Counted from the first letter of the stretch, positions 8,875 to 18,735 are shown. The stretch: DNA of 64,000 nucleotides from Planctomycetota bacterium (GCA_038060895.1 JBBTCT010000009.1:80082-144081), one strand, 5' to 3'. Notes: generated by a model from the sequence alone, not told the origin. Made by a program: numbers and translations.

Positions 8875-10254
8875 ATGCTGCCCATCGAACTGTCCGAGCT
8901 CAAGACCGTCCTGAACGGAGAGTTCGTCCATGGAACCGGCGGCGGCGAAGCCACCGGCGCCCAGACCGATTCGCGCGCCGTGAAAAAAGGCGACCTCTTC
9001 TTCGCGATCCGCGGCCGCAACCAGGACGGCCATGACTTCGTGCAGGAAGCGCTCTCGAAGGGCGCTTCGGCCGTCATCGTGGACCGCGAGATCGAAAAGG
9101 TCCGCAAGGGGAATGTGCTCCGCGTCCGCGACACCGTTTCCTCCCTCGGCGATCTCGCCCGCCGCATTCGCGCGATGGCCGGCGTTCCCGTCGTCGCCGT
9201 CACGGGGTCGAACGGGAAGACCACCGCCAAGGACATGATCGCCCACGTCCTCGGGGCCGATCGCTCCGTCCTCGCTTCCCAGAAATCTTTCAACAACCAG
9301 CTCGGCCTGCCCATCACGCTTCTCGGCATCGACAAGGAAACCGACGTCGTGGTCGTGGAGTGCGGCACGAGCGCCCCGGGCGAGATCGCCTACCTGGCGG
9401 GGATCGCGCAGCCCAACGTGAGCGTCGTCACCACGGTCAGCGAAACGCACCTCGAGGGATTCGGGACGATCGACGCGATCGCGCGCGAGAAGGCCGCGCT
9501 TATCGAGAAGCTCGCGCCAAACGGCACGGCCGTCCTGAACATGGACAACGAGCACACGAAGCGGATGTCGCGCGCGACGACCGCGCGGTGCGTCACGTTT
9601 GGATTTTTCCGCGGCGCCGACGTCAAGGGCAGCGCGATCGAAGGCGGCCCCGAGGGGATCCGCTTCCTCGTCAACGACCGCGTCCCGTTCGTCCTCCCGA
9701 TCTGCGGCCGCTGGATGGCGTACAACGCGCTGGCCGCGGCGTCGGTCGGCCTGACGATGGGGATGGACATGATGCAGATCGCCGAGCGGCTGATGTCGTT
9801 CCGACTTCCTCCGATGCGCATGGAGCGGATCGAGCTCGCCGGCGTGCAGTTCATCAACGACGCCTACAACGCCAACCCGCGCGCGGTGACGCTGGCGCTC
9901 GACGAGATCGAGCTCTGGGAAGCGCGGCGCCGCGTGTTCATTTTCGGCGACATGCTGGAGATGGGAAGCGAGTCGGCGAAACATCACGAGAAGGTCGGGG
10001 ACCGTGTCGCGCGCACGCCGAACATCGGCGTGTTCGTCGGGATCGGGCCGGAGGCGACGCGCGCGGTGCACAAGGCGAAGACGCTGAGGCGGACGCTGGA
10101 AGCGCATGCGTTCGCGAACGCGGACGAGGCAGCGCGGGCGCTTCCCGACATTCTTCGGGAAGGGGACCTGGCGCTGCTGAAGGGGAGCCGCGGGATGAGG
10201 CTGGAGCGGGTACTGGCGGCGTTCAAGCCGCTTGAGGCGGCGGTACCGGTTTAG
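8875..10254 (+). CDS. murF: UDP-MurNAc-pentapeptide synthetase MurF
   Basis: TGSNGKTT, SFNNQLGLP, INDAYNANP, GDMLEMG and LKGSRG motifs. ATG at 8875 with GGAGG. Confidence 0.96.
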   Translation: MLPIELSELKTVLNGEFVHGTGGGEATGAQTDSRAVKKGDLFFAIRGRNQDGHDFVQEALSKGASAVIVDREIEKVRKGNVLRVRDTVSSLGDLARRIRAMAGVPVVAVTGSNGKTTAKDMIAHVLGADRSVLASQKSFNNQLGLPITLLGIDKETDVVVVECGTSAPGEIAYLAGIAQPNVSVVTTVSETHLEGFGTIDAIAREKAALIEKLAPNGTAVLNMDNEHTKRMSRATTARCVTFGFFRGADVKGSAIEGGPEGIRFLVNDRVPFVLPICGRWMAYNALAAASVGLTMGMDMMQIAERLMSFRLPPMRMERIELAGVQFINDAYNANPRAVTLALDEIELWEARRRVFIFGDMLEMGSESAKHHEKVGDRVARTPNIGVFVGIGPEATRAVHKAKTLRRTLEAHAFANADEAARALPDILREGDLALLKGSRGMRLERVLAAFKPLEAAVPV

Positions 10255-10300
10255 CGGCGAGGGCAAGGGCAAGGGCGATCGAAACAGCCAGGAGAGGGTG

Positions 10301-10537
10301 ATGAATCGGATCGAGATGACGGATGACGAGGCGGTGGCGCGGCTGCTGCGCGTGATCGCCACGAGGCATGCGAAGAGGGCGGCGGCGAATCCGCCGGACC
10401 TGAACGACCCCGCTGTTGTTGTGCGGTGGCTCGAGGCGGCAGCGAAGTCTGCCGAAGAAGAGTTCGATCAGTTGATGGGGCTGATGCCGCCCGCGACGGA
10501 GACGCGGCGGATGATGCTCCAGAAGATGATGTCGTGA
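10301..10537 (+). CDS. Small hypothetical protein (78 aa)
   Basis: AGGAGAG RBS; N-terminus is similar to the next ORF (D.EAVARL.R.I). Confidence 0.6.
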   Translation: MNRIEMTDDEAVARLLRVIATRHAKRAAANPPDLNDPAVVVRWLEAAAKSAEEEFDQLMGLMPPATETRRMMLQKMMS

Positions 10538-10604
10538 GCCGGGCTCGCGTGGGAGCGGGCCGGAGCAGGGACAAGGAAGTGTTCAACGTGAGAGGGGGCG
10601 GGTC

Positions 10605-10793
10605 ATGGAACGGATCAATGATCGTGAAGCGGTGGCGCGGCTGGCTCGGGCGATCCTGGGGAAGGGCGAGAGGACCACGAGCGAGGATGCGGTGGTCGAG
10701 CTGCTGTTCGCGATGAGTGAGAAGGACGAAGTGGCGAAGCGTCTGCAGCGGGGCGCGTTGAAGAGCGCGTCGCGGCCGGCGAAGACGGCGTAG
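10605..10793 (+). CDS. Small hypothetical protein (62 aa), paralog of the preceding ORF
   Basis: MERINDREAVARLARAI versus MNRIEMTDDEAVARLLRVI. Confidence 0.6.
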   Translation: MERINDREAVARLARAILGKGERTTSEDAVVELLFAMSEKDEVAKRLQRGALKSASRPAKTA

Positions 10794-10904
10794 TTTTTCG
10801 CTTCGTTCAGCTTTACAATTTATAAGTTGTAATACATCCCGGAATCCGGGGCGCCCGCACTGCGCTCCGGCCACGGGTTCACGGCCGACCTTCGGAGAGG
10901 CCTC

Positions 10905-11933
10905 GTGACCGAGATCGCCACGCTTCGCGCCGGCGCCGCCGCCACGGCTGCGTTCGCCGCCTGCCTCGTCGCGGGCCCGCGCGTCATTCGCTGGCTCAAG
11001 GCGCGGAAAGTGCGCGAGGACATCACCAAGAAAGATTCGAAGCGCCTCACCGAGATTCACTCCGGGAAGAAAGACACGCCGACGATGGGCGGGCTCTTCC
11101 TGATCGGATCCGCCCTCGCGGCGACGCTCGCGCTCGCGGACCTGTGGACGCCCGCGGTGCCGGCGACGATGGTCGCGGTGGCGATCCTCTGGGGGATCGG
11201 GTACGCGGACGACTGGGTCAAGCTGCGCACGAAAAAGCACGGCCTCGCCGCGAAGCCGCGGCTCCTCATGCAGGCCGGCGTCGGATACGCGCTCGGGTTC
11301 GTGCTCTGGAAGACGGGACATTCGACGCAGCTCGCGATTCCGTTTGCGCACGCGTCATTCGATCTCGGCGCCGCCTATCCTGCGCTCGCCGCGCTCGTCA
11401 TGGCCGCGACGACCAACGCCGTGAATCTCACCGACGGCCTCGACGGGCTCGCGGGCGGCTGCTTCCTCGCGGCCGGGCTTGCGTACACCGGCATCCTCTA
11501 CGTCACCGGCCGCCCCGATCTCGCGGCGTCGCTCGGCCTCCCGCACGTCCCCGGCGCTTCCGAACTCGCCGTCTTCGGCGCGGCCCTGCTCGGCGCCACG
11601 CTCGGCTTCATGTGGTTCAACTGCTTCCCGGCCCAGGTCTTCATGGGCAACACGGGCTCCCTTCCCCTCGGCGGTGCGCTCGCCGCCATGGCCCTCGTCG
11701 CCAAGCAGGAACTGCTTCTTGTCGTGATCGGCGGCGTCTTCGTCATCGAAGCGCTCTCGGTCATCATCCAGGTCGTTTCGTTCAAGACGACGGGGAAGCG
11801 CGTCTTCAAGATCGCGCCGATCCACCACCACTTCCAGTTCGACGGCGTTCCAGAATCGAAGATCACGGCGCGGTTCTGGATCGCGTCGGCGATCAGCGCC
11901 CTGGCCGGCCTCGCGGCGTTGAGGGCGGGGTAA
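10905..11933 (+). CDS. mraY: Phospho-MurNAc-pentapeptide transferase MraY
   Basis: KKDTPTMGG, ADDW.K, NAVNLTDGLDGLA, FMGNTGS and APIHHHF motifs. Confidence 0.96.
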   Translation: MTEIATLRAGAAATAAFAACLVAGPRVIRWLKARKVREDITKKDSKRLTEIHSGKKDTPTMGGLFLIGSALAATLALADLWTPAVPATMVAVAILWGIGYADDWVKLRTKKHGLAAKPRLLMQAGVGYALGFVLWKTGHSTQLAIPFAHASFDLGAAYPALAALVMAATTNAVNLTDGLDGLAGGCFLAAGLAYTGILYVTGRPDLAASLGLPHVPGASELAVFGAALLGATLGFMWFNCFPAQVFMGNTGSLPLGGALAAMALVAKQELLLVVIGGVFVIEALSVIIQVVSFKTTGKRVFKIAPIHHHFQFDGVPESKITARFWIASAISALAGLAALRAG

Positions 11934-13130
11934 ATGTCCGCTTCCCGCGGCGCCGTCGTCTTCACGGTCCTTGCGCTCTGCGCGCTCGGGACGGTGATGA
12001 TCTACAGTGCGAGCGCGCCCGCGGCGGACCGGCTGACGGGCGAAGGGGACAACACGCTGGTCAAGCACCTCTTCTGGCTTGGCCTTGGCCTGTGCGCGTT
12101 CGCGGCGACTTCGGCGGTGGACGTCCGGAAATTCGAACAGGCGGCGCCATGGATCTTCGGCGGCGGTCTGCTGCTGCTCATCGCGGTGCTCATCCCCGGC
12201 ATCGGATCCGAAGTCAACGGCGCGCGCCGCTGGTTCCGCGCGGGCGACCTGTCGTTCCAGCCGAGCGAACTGATGAAGATCGGCCTTCCGGTCTTTCTCG
12301 CCTGGTACCTCGGCCGCGACCCGGAGCGCGCGCGCTCGTTCAAGCGCGGCTTCCTCCCCGCAGCCGGCGCCATCGCGCTGGCCGTCGGCCTTACCGCGAT
12401 CGAGCCCGACCTCGGCACCGCCGCCCTCCTCGCCATCGCCGGCAGCTGCGTCGCACTCCTCGGCGGCGTCCGCCTCGTCCACGCCGTCCCCTGCACGCTC
12501 GCCGTCCTCCCCATCGCCGCCATCGGCGCCTACTTCAAGTTCCAGCACGCCCGCGACCGCATCTTCGTCTTCCTCGACCCCGACGCCGATCCCCTCGGCC
12601 GCGGATACCAGATCAAGCAAGCGCTCATCGCGCTCGGAAGCGGCGGCACCTACGGCGCCGGCCTCGGCATGTCGCGCCAGAAATTGTTCTTCCTCCCCGA
12701 GAAACACACCGACTTCATTTTTTCCATCGTCGGCGAAGAACTCGGCCTCGTCGGCACCCTGGGCGTCATCGGAATGTTCCTCTTCCTCCTCTGGCACGGC
12801 CGCGCGATCGCCCGTCGCTGCCCGTCCGTGTTCGGCTCGCTCGCCGCAGCCGGCATGCTCGCGAGCGTCGGCTTCCAGGCCGCAATGAACATGGCGGTCG
12901 TCACCGCCTCCATGCCGACGAAGGGCATCTCTCTGCCGTTCCTGTCGTTCGGCGGCTCCGGATTATTTTTCACGCTGGCCGCGATGGGATTCGTGATCAG
13001 CGCAGGACGCGAGGAAAGTGCGGCAGCGGTTGGTGCCGATGTTGAAGCGGTCGTCGCCGGCCCGCCCGCCCGCCAGCCTGCCTGCCCGCCTGCCTTTCCC
13101 GTCCTCCACTCCCCGGAGGCCCCCCAGTGA
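11934..13130 (+). CDS. ftsW: SEDS peptidoglycan glycosyltransferase FtsW
   Basis: NGARRW, FQPSE.MK, EPDLGT, LPEKHTDFIF and LPFLSFGGS motifs; dcw position. Confidence 0.94.
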   Translation: MSASRGAVVFTVLALCALGTVMIYSASAPAADRLTGEGDNTLVKHLFWLGLGLCAFAATSAVDVRKFEQAAPWIFGGGLLLLIAVLIPGIGSEVNGARRWFRAGDLSFQPSELMKIGLPVFLAWYLGRDPERARSFKRGFLPAAGAIALAVGLTAIEPDLGTAALLAIAGSCVALLGGVRLVHAVPCTLAVLPIAAIGAYFKFQHARDRIFVFLDPDADPLGRGYQIKQALIALGSGGTYGAGLGMSRQKLFFLPEKHTDFIFSIVGEELGLVGTLGVIGMFLFLLWHGRAIARRCPSVFGSLAAAGMLASVGFQAAMNMAVVTASMPTKGISLPFLSFGGSGLFFTLAAMGFVISAGREESAAAVGADVEAVVAGPPARQPACPPAFPVLHSPEAPQ

Positions 13131-14239
13131 TCCTTCAGCTGTTCCACGCCCATGTTGAAAAGAAAATCCGCCGCGCCCCGGCGGTTGCGTTCGCAGGCGG
13201 CGGAACGGGCGGACATCTCTTCCCCGCGATCGCCCTCGCCGACGAAATCCGGCGCCGGACGCCCGACGCGCGCGTCACGTTCCTTTGCACCAAGCGCCCC
13301 ATCGACCAGCAGATCCTCTCCCGCACCAACTTCGACCATCACGCCATGGCCGCCCCCCGCTGGGTCGGCTTCACCGGCCTCATCGGCGGTTTCGTCCCCG
13401 AGTCGTGGAGCGCCTTCCGCAACGCGTACTCCGAACTGAAATCCTTCAATCCCGACGTCGTCGTCGGCGTCGGCGGCTACGGAAGCGTCCCAACGGTCCT
13501 CGCCGCGCGCGCCCTCGGCGTCCCCGTCGTCCTCCTCGAGCAGAACGCCATCGTCGGCCGCGCCAACCAGTTCCTCGCGCGATTCGCCAAGCTGGTCTGC
13601 TGCCAGTGGAAGGAAGCCGTGAAGGTCATCCCGGGCGGCGTTTTCACCGGCAACCCGATCCGCCAGCTCGACCGCGACCCCGAAGCGCGAAAGTCGCTCG
13701 GCTTCGACCCGAAAAAACCGACGATCGGAATCCTCGGCGGCTCGCAGGGCTCCCACGCCATCAACGAGTTCTTCCGCTCCCGCGCCCACCGCCTCAAGGA
13801 CTGGAACGTCGTCCACGCCACCGGCCAGGCTGACTGGGCCCAGGTCGATGGCGCCTACCGCTTCAACAACGTCTCCGCCTGGGTCACCCCGTTCTGCGAC
13901 CGCATGGACCTCTTCTACGGCGCCGCCGACCTCGTCGTCTGCCGAGCCGGCGGCACGACGATCGCGGAAGCGACTGCCCTGGGCATCCCGCTCGCGCTGA
14001 TCCCGCTCCCGACCAGCGCGAACGGCCACCAGAAAGCCAACGCGGAGGCCGCCGAGAAAGCGGGCGCCGCCTGGCATCTCCCGGAGTCCGCCCTCGACGA
14101 CATCGCCTTCGACCGCTTCGAGCGGATGATGCGCGACCGTTCCACGCTCGCGAAGATGAGCGCATCCGGCTGGGAACTCGGCAACGCCGTCGCCGCGCAG
14201 GTGGTCCTGCGAAAAATCGAGGCCGTCCTCCAGGAGTAG
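13127..14239 (+). CDS. murG: Undecaprenyl-PP-MurNAc-pentapeptide GlcNAc transferase MurG
   Basis: GGGTGGH.FP, GGYGSVP, EQN...G.AN, GNP.R, GGSQG, RAGGTT and HQ..NA motifs. Confidence 0.95.
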   Translation: MILQLFHAHVEKKIRRAPAVAFAGGGTGGHLFPAIALADEIRRRTPDARVTFLCTKRPIDQQILSRTNFDHHAMAAPRWVGFTGLIGGFVPESWSAFRNAYSELKSFNPDVVVGVGGYGSVPTVLAARALGVPVVLLEQNAIVGRANQFLARFAKLVCCQWKEAVKVIPGGVFTGNPIRQLDRDPEARKSLGFDPKKPTIGILGGSQGSHAINEFFRSRAHRLKDWNVVHATGQADWAQVDGAYRFNNVSAWVTPFCDRMDLFYGAADLVVCRAGGTTIAEATALGIPLALIPLPTSANGHQKANAEAAEKAGAAWHLPESALDDIAFDRFERMMRDRSTLAKMSASGWELGNAVAAQVVLRKIEAVLQE

Positions 14240-14461
14240 CCTGCGCGGCTCTCGACTCCTTACTACTCAACACTCAATCCTCAGCACTGCATTTCCCGCC
14301 GCGCGCGGCAAATTCTCCCTCACTTTCCGCCGCGCTTCACGCCGATAAATCAGACTGCGATGAAACGCCGCAAGTCCGGTCGTATTCGTGTCGAGTGGGG
14401 CCGCTGTTCCTTGTTGCCGCGGGTCCCCGGGCCCACGGTGCAGTCGCTTAGAGGGGACACC

Positions 14462-15847
14462 ATGGCGTCGTTCCATTTCGTCGGGATCGGCGGGATCGGG
14501 ATGTCGGGCGCGGCGCGGATCCTCATGGCGCGCGGGATACCGGTGTCGGGAAGCGACATCGGTAAGAGCGAAGTGACGGAGGAGTTCGCGCTGAAGGGGG
14601 CGCGGATCTCGATCGGGCATGCAGCGGAGAATCTGCCTCCGGAAACGACGCGCGTCGTGGTGACGGCGGCCGTGGACGAGAAGAACCCCGAGATTGCGGA
14701 AGCGCGGCGTCGGAATCTGCCGATCGTGAAGTACGCGACGCTGCTGGGCGAGCTGATGCGCGACCGGTTCGGCATCGCGGTCGCGGGGTGTCACGGCAAA
14801 TCGACGACGAGCGCGATGACGGCGTTCGTGCTGGATCGCGGCGGGTATGAGCCGTCCTTCGTGGTGGGCGGCGGTATCCCGGACCTGGGCGGCTCCTCGC
14901 GCGGCGGGAAGGGCGAGCCGTTCGTCGCCGAGGCCTGCGAGCACTTCCGGTCGTTCCACAACCTGTACCCGCACATTGCGGTCGTGACGAACATCGAGGA
15001 GGACCACCTCGACTACTACCGCGACATCGACGAGATCATCGGGTCGTTCGGCGTGTTCCTGTCGCACGTGCCGCCGGAAGGGCTGGTCGTGATCAACGGC
15101 GAGGACGGGAACTGCGCGCGGGCGATGAAGTCGGCGCGCTGCCGTATCGAGACGTTCGGGTTCGGGCCGGGGATGGACTGGCGAGCGGTGAACCTGCGAG
15201 TGGACGACGGGCGCTGGAAGTTTGACGCACTGCGTCATGAAGCGCTCTTCGGCTCCTTCGAGCTCGCGATCCCGGGCGAGCACAACGTGAAGAACGCGCT
15301 GGCGGCGATCGCGGTCGCCCACGCGCTGGAGATGCCCGGAAACCGCATCGCCGAAGCGCTCGCGAACTTTCACGGCGTCCAGCGCCGCATGCAGTGGCTC
15401 GTGCGCGGCCCCATTTCCGTGATGGACGACTACGCGCACCACCCGACGGAAGTCCGCGCTTCGCTGGCGGCGCTCCGCTCGATCTGTCCGGGCCGCCGCA
15501 TCGTCGCGATCTTCCAGCCGCACCAGTATTCGCGCACGCGCATCTTCCGCGACGGCTTCGCGCACGCGTTTGCGGACGCCGACGAGGTCCTGATCCCGGG
15601 GATCTATGCCGCGCGCGACTCCGACGAGGACCGCCGCGCCGTCTGCGCCCAGGATCTCGCCGACGACATCCGCGCGACGGGCACCGCGGCACGCGCGTTC
15701 GCGTCGTTCGACGAATGCGTCCAGGCCCTTCGCGACATCCCCGCTCCCGCCGTCCTCCTCACCATGGGCGCGGGCGACGTCTTCAAGATCGCCGGCGCCA
15801 TGTCTCTCCTGGTCCCTCAACCCGAAACCGGAAGGGTGGCCGTATGA
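14462..15847 (+). CDS. murC: UDP-MurNAc--L-alanine ligase MurC
   Basis: HFVGIGGIGMSG, AG.HGKSTT, DDYAHHPTE, FQPH.YSRT and MGAGD motifs. ATG at 14462. Confidence 0.96.
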   Translation: MASFHFVGIGGIGMSGAARILMARGIPVSGSDIGKSEVTEEFALKGARISIGHAAENLPPETTRVVVTAAVDEKNPEIAEARRRNLPIVKYATLLGELMRDRFGIAVAGCHGKSTTSAMTAFVLDRGGYEPSFVVGGGIPDLGGSSRGGKGEPFVAEACEHFRSFHNLYPHIAVVTNIEEDHLDYYRDIDEIIGSFGVFLSHVPPEGLVVINGEDGNCARAMKSARCRIETFGFGPGMDWRAVNLRVDDGRWKFDALRHEALFGSFELAIPGEHNVKNALAAIAVAHALEMPGNRIAEALANFHGVQRRMQWLVRGPISVMDDYAHHPTEVRASLAALRSICPGRRIVAIFQPHQYSRTRIFRDGFAHAFADADEVLIPGIYAARDSDEDRRAVCAQDLADDIRATGTAARAFASFDECVQALRDIPAPAVLLTMGAGDVFKIAGAMSLLVPQPETGRVAV

Positions 15848-16692
15848 TCCTCAAGCGCGACGAGCCCCTCGCTCCCCGCACCTCGTACCGCATCGGCGGC
15901 ACCGCCGAGTACTTCTTCATCCCGGAGCGGATGGAGGAAGTCCCTCAGGCGATGTCGTACTGCCGCGCAAAGGGGCTGGACCTGCGCGTGCTCGGCGGCG
16001 GCACCAACGTCCTCGTCGGCGATCGCGGCTGGCCCGCGGTCCTCTCGCTCGAGCGCTTCAAGCACACCGACGCCTTCGGTCCCTTTGCAAAGGCCGAGGC
16101 CGGCGCTTCGTTCCCCGCATTCGTAAAGAAACTCGCGGACAACTCAAGCAAGGGCGCCGAAGCGCTCTGCGGGATCCCGGGCACGGTCGGCGGCGCGCTG
16201 CTCATGAACGCGGGTGGCCACTACGGCGAAATCGGGGAGTTCGTGAAACGCGTCAAGGTCGTCGAGGCCGACGGCCGCATCGTTTCCCTCGATCGCGAGC
16301 AGTGCGGCTTCCGCTACCGCGAATCGGACCTGAAGAACCGGATCATCCTGTCGGCGGACTTCGAGTTTTCCGAAGGAGACCGCGAAGAGATCCGCACCAG
16401 GATGCGCGACATCTTCCAGAAGAAGAAAGCGTCCCAGCCGCTTCACAGCCACTCCGCCGGGTGCGTCTTCAAGAATCCTCCCGGCCTGTCAGCGGGACGC
16501 ATGATCGACGAGTGTGGCTTCAAGGGCACGCGCATCGGTGGCGCGGCCGTAAGCGTCCTGCACGCGAACTTCCTGACGAACGACGACGACGCGTCAGCCT
16601 CCGACATGCTCGAACTCATTTCGAGAATCCAGGGCCAGATCAAGGAACGCCACGGCGTCGAGCTCGAGCTGGAAATCAAGGTCTGGTCGTAA
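15844..16692 (+). CDS. murB: UDP-N-acetylenolpyruvoylglucosamine reductase MurB
   Basis: IGG.A, GGGTNVL, GIPGTVGG..MNAG, FRYRES, SAGCVFKNP and HANFL motifs. Confidence 0.96.
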   Translation: MILKRDEPLAPRTSYRIGGTAEYFFIPERMEEVPQAMSYCRAKGLDLRVLGGGTNVLVGDRGWPAVLSLERFKHTDAFGPFAKAEAGASFPAFVKKLADNSSKGAEALCGIPGTVGGALLMNAGGHYGEIGEFVKRVKVVEADGRIVSLDREQCGFRYRESDLKNRIILSADFEFSEGDREEIRTRMRDIFQKKKASQPLHSHSAGCVFKNPPGLSAGRMIDECGFKGTRIGGAAVSVLHANFLTNDDDASASDMLELISRIQGQIKERHGVELELEIKVWS

Positions 16693-16731
16693 CTCCCGTC
16701 TCCGAACTCATTACAACCAAGGGCAAACCTC

Positions 16732-17712
16732 ATGCGCAAACCCCGCTCGCTCTTCCGCGCCCTCTCCGACCGCACTCTCCGCGTCGCCGTCCTCGCCGGC
16801 GGGCCCGGTTCTGAACGCGAAGTTTCACTGAGAAGCGGCACGGCCGCGCAGAAGGCGCTCGCGGGCGCGGGCTATCCGGCAGAACTCGTGGTCATCGACG
16901 CCGCGCTCCCCGAACCGTTCGAATACGACGCGGCCTTTCTCGCGCTCCACGGCCGCTTCGGCGAAGACGGCACGCTCCAGAAGATCCTCGAGGATCGCGG
17001 CATCCCGTACACCGGCTCGCCCGCCGACGCCTCCTTCAACGCGTTCGACAAGATCCTCAGCAAGAGCCTCTTCATCGCCCACGCCGTCCCGACTGCCGGG
17101 TTCACGACGGTGGGGAAGGGCGACGACACGTTCGCACGTAACTCCGCGGCGTCCGAGGTGGGTTTCCCGCTCGTCATCAAGCCCGCCCGCGAGGGCTCCA
17201 GCGTCGGCATCTCGATCGTCCGCGACCGCGCCGGGCTCGACGCCGCCTTCGACAACGCGTTCCGTTACGATTCACGCGTTCTCGTCGAAGAGTTCATTCA
17301 GGGTCGCGAGCTGACAGTCGGAGTTCTCGAGAACCGCGCGCTGCCGCTGATCGAGATGCGCTCGAAGCGCGAGTTCTTCGACTTCGAGGCGAAGTACGTC
17401 GACACCGGCACGCAGTACCTGATCAAGCCCGAGCTCCCCGAAATCGTCGAGCGGGCCGTCGCGCAGGCCGCCGTCGCCGCGCACCGCGCGCTCCGCTGCG
17501 AGCATTTCTCCCGCGTGGACGTGATCTATCACGAGAAGCGCGGGCCGATGGTGCTCGAGGTGAACACGCTGCCCGGGTTGACCGAGCGGTCGCTGCTGCC
17601 GAAGGCTGCGCTCGCGAGCGGTGTCGGCTATACGGAACTGTGCGAAACGATGCTGCGGATGGCGCTGAAGCGGGCGAGTCTGGCGAAGGGGAAGAAGGCG
17701 GCCAGGGGGTAG
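16732..17712 (+). CDS. ddl: D-alanine--D-alanine ligase
   Basis: GG.GSEREVSL.SG, LHGRFGEDG, EGSSVG, FDFEAKY and LEVNTLPG motifs. Confidence 0.96.
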   Translation: MRKPRSLFRALSDRTLRVAVLAGGPGSEREVSLRSGTAAQKALAGAGYPAELVVIDAALPEPFEYDAAFLALHGRFGEDGTLQKILEDRGIPYTGSPADASFNAFDKILSKSLFIAHAVPTAGFTTVGKGDDTFARNSAASEVGFPLVIKPAREGSSVGISIVRDRAGLDAAFDNAFRYDSRVLVEEFIQGRELTVGVLENRALPLIEMRSKREFFDFEAKYVDTGTQYLIKPELPEIVERAVAQAAVAAHRALRCEHFSRVDVIYHEKRGPMVLEVNTLPGLTERSLLPKAALASGVGYTELCETMLRMALKRASLAKGKKAARG

Positions 17713-17743
17713 GAAACGAACGGGTGGCCCTTCTCGCAACGCC

Positions 17744-17873
17744 GTATCCGCGGCCGTTTCCGCAAGATCCGCATTCATCCGCGTATGCCTTTTCGGACTT
17801 TCCATTTGCCCTGAAGTTCAGGACAAAGGAATACGCGGATGAAGGCGAATGACGCGGAAACGGCCGCGGATAC
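17744..17873. repeat. Long inverted repeat (MITE-like); one arm recurs at 56613-56651
   Basis: GTATCCGCGGCCGTTTCCGC...TTCATCCGCGTAT pairs with ATACGCGGATGAA...GCGGAAACGGCCGCGGATAC. Confidence 0.75.
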
Positions 17874-17914
17874 AGCCCCACTTGACGTGGCGAGCGCGGT
17901 AACATGATCTCCGC

Positions 17915-18388
17915 ATGCGCCTCCTCTTCGTCTGCACCGGAAACCTCTGCCGCTCGCCGATGGCGGAGCACCTGATGAAGCGCGCCCTCGCGGTGCGGCT
18001 GAAAGTGCCGGTGGACTCACTGGCGGCGCGCGGCTGGATCATCGAGTCGTCCGGGACGAACGCGTACGACGGGATGGACATGCCGGCGGACGCGCGGATC
18101 GCGCTGGCGGAGCTGGGGATCACGGGAGCGCAGCACTCGTCGCGGATCCTGCGCGTCGCGCAGCTCATGACCACGGACTTCGCATTCGCGGCGGCGCACG
18201 AGCATTTCCAGGCGATGCTCAGGATTCATCCGGAGTCCGCGGCGAAGATTCGGCTCCTGGACCCGCAGGGGGATGTGCCAGACCCGATGGGGGAAGGCAT
18301 CGACTCCTACCGGTATGCGGCGGCGCAGATCTCGGTGGCGGTGGAATCCCTGGCGAAGGAATTCACGAAGCCGCCCCCGAAGCGATAG
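17915..18388 (+). CDS. Low-molecular-weight protein tyrosine/arginine phosphatase
   Basis: FVCTGNLCRSPMAE P-loop and DVPDP motif. Confidence 0.92.
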   Translation: MRLLFVCTGNLCRSPMAEHLMKRALAVRLKVPVDSLAARGWIIESSGTNAYDGMDMPADARIALAELGITGAQHSSRILRVAQLMTTDFAFAAAHEHFQAMLRIHPESAAKIRLLDPQGDVPDPMGEGIDSYRYAAAQISVAVESLAKEFTKPPPKR

Positions 18389-18606
18389 CGCGCCCGGGAT
18401 TCGTGGGTGTCGAAGGTTGACGTCCTCGTCGCCGAGCTGATGCGACGTCAGGAGAACCTTTCGGAATGCGAGTGTGTTCTCCTCGAAAATCGCAAGCCCC
18501 TCCAGTGAGAAAGCGGATTGTGCTCTTACAGAACCTTGGTCAGAAAGTGAACACTGTCATCGTCTTGAATCCGAACGGGCGAAATAAAAACCACGAGGAA
18601 TTTGCG

Positions 18607-18735
18607 CTAACCCTGTTTCGCCTTTGGCTTAGGTGCCTTGTGAGGCATCGGCGGGGTGCTTAGAGCGCGGCGCAAAACCTCCGTAAGCTGAGACAGCTTC
18701 ACGGGTTGCGCTTTCCTGTTCGCGGGCTTCTTCAT
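18607..18735 (-). CDS. Small basic protein (42 aa) inside the IS element, absent from the ORF track
   Basis: MKKPANRKAQPVKLSQLTEVLRRALSTPPMPHKAPKPKAKQG, with GGAGAG RBS. Confidence 0.55.
   Translation of the reverse strand: MKKPANRKAQPVKLSQLTEVLRRALSTPPMPHKAPKPKAKQG

Noticed and set aside
5425-15820. Long minus-strand and alternate-frame ORFs over the dcw genes
   Set aside because: Arg/Pro-rich shadows overlapping well-supported genes.
18466-18663. 65-aa plus-strand ORF
   Set aside because: It crosses the IS left end, has no recognisable features, and overlaps the better-supported minus-strand small ORF.
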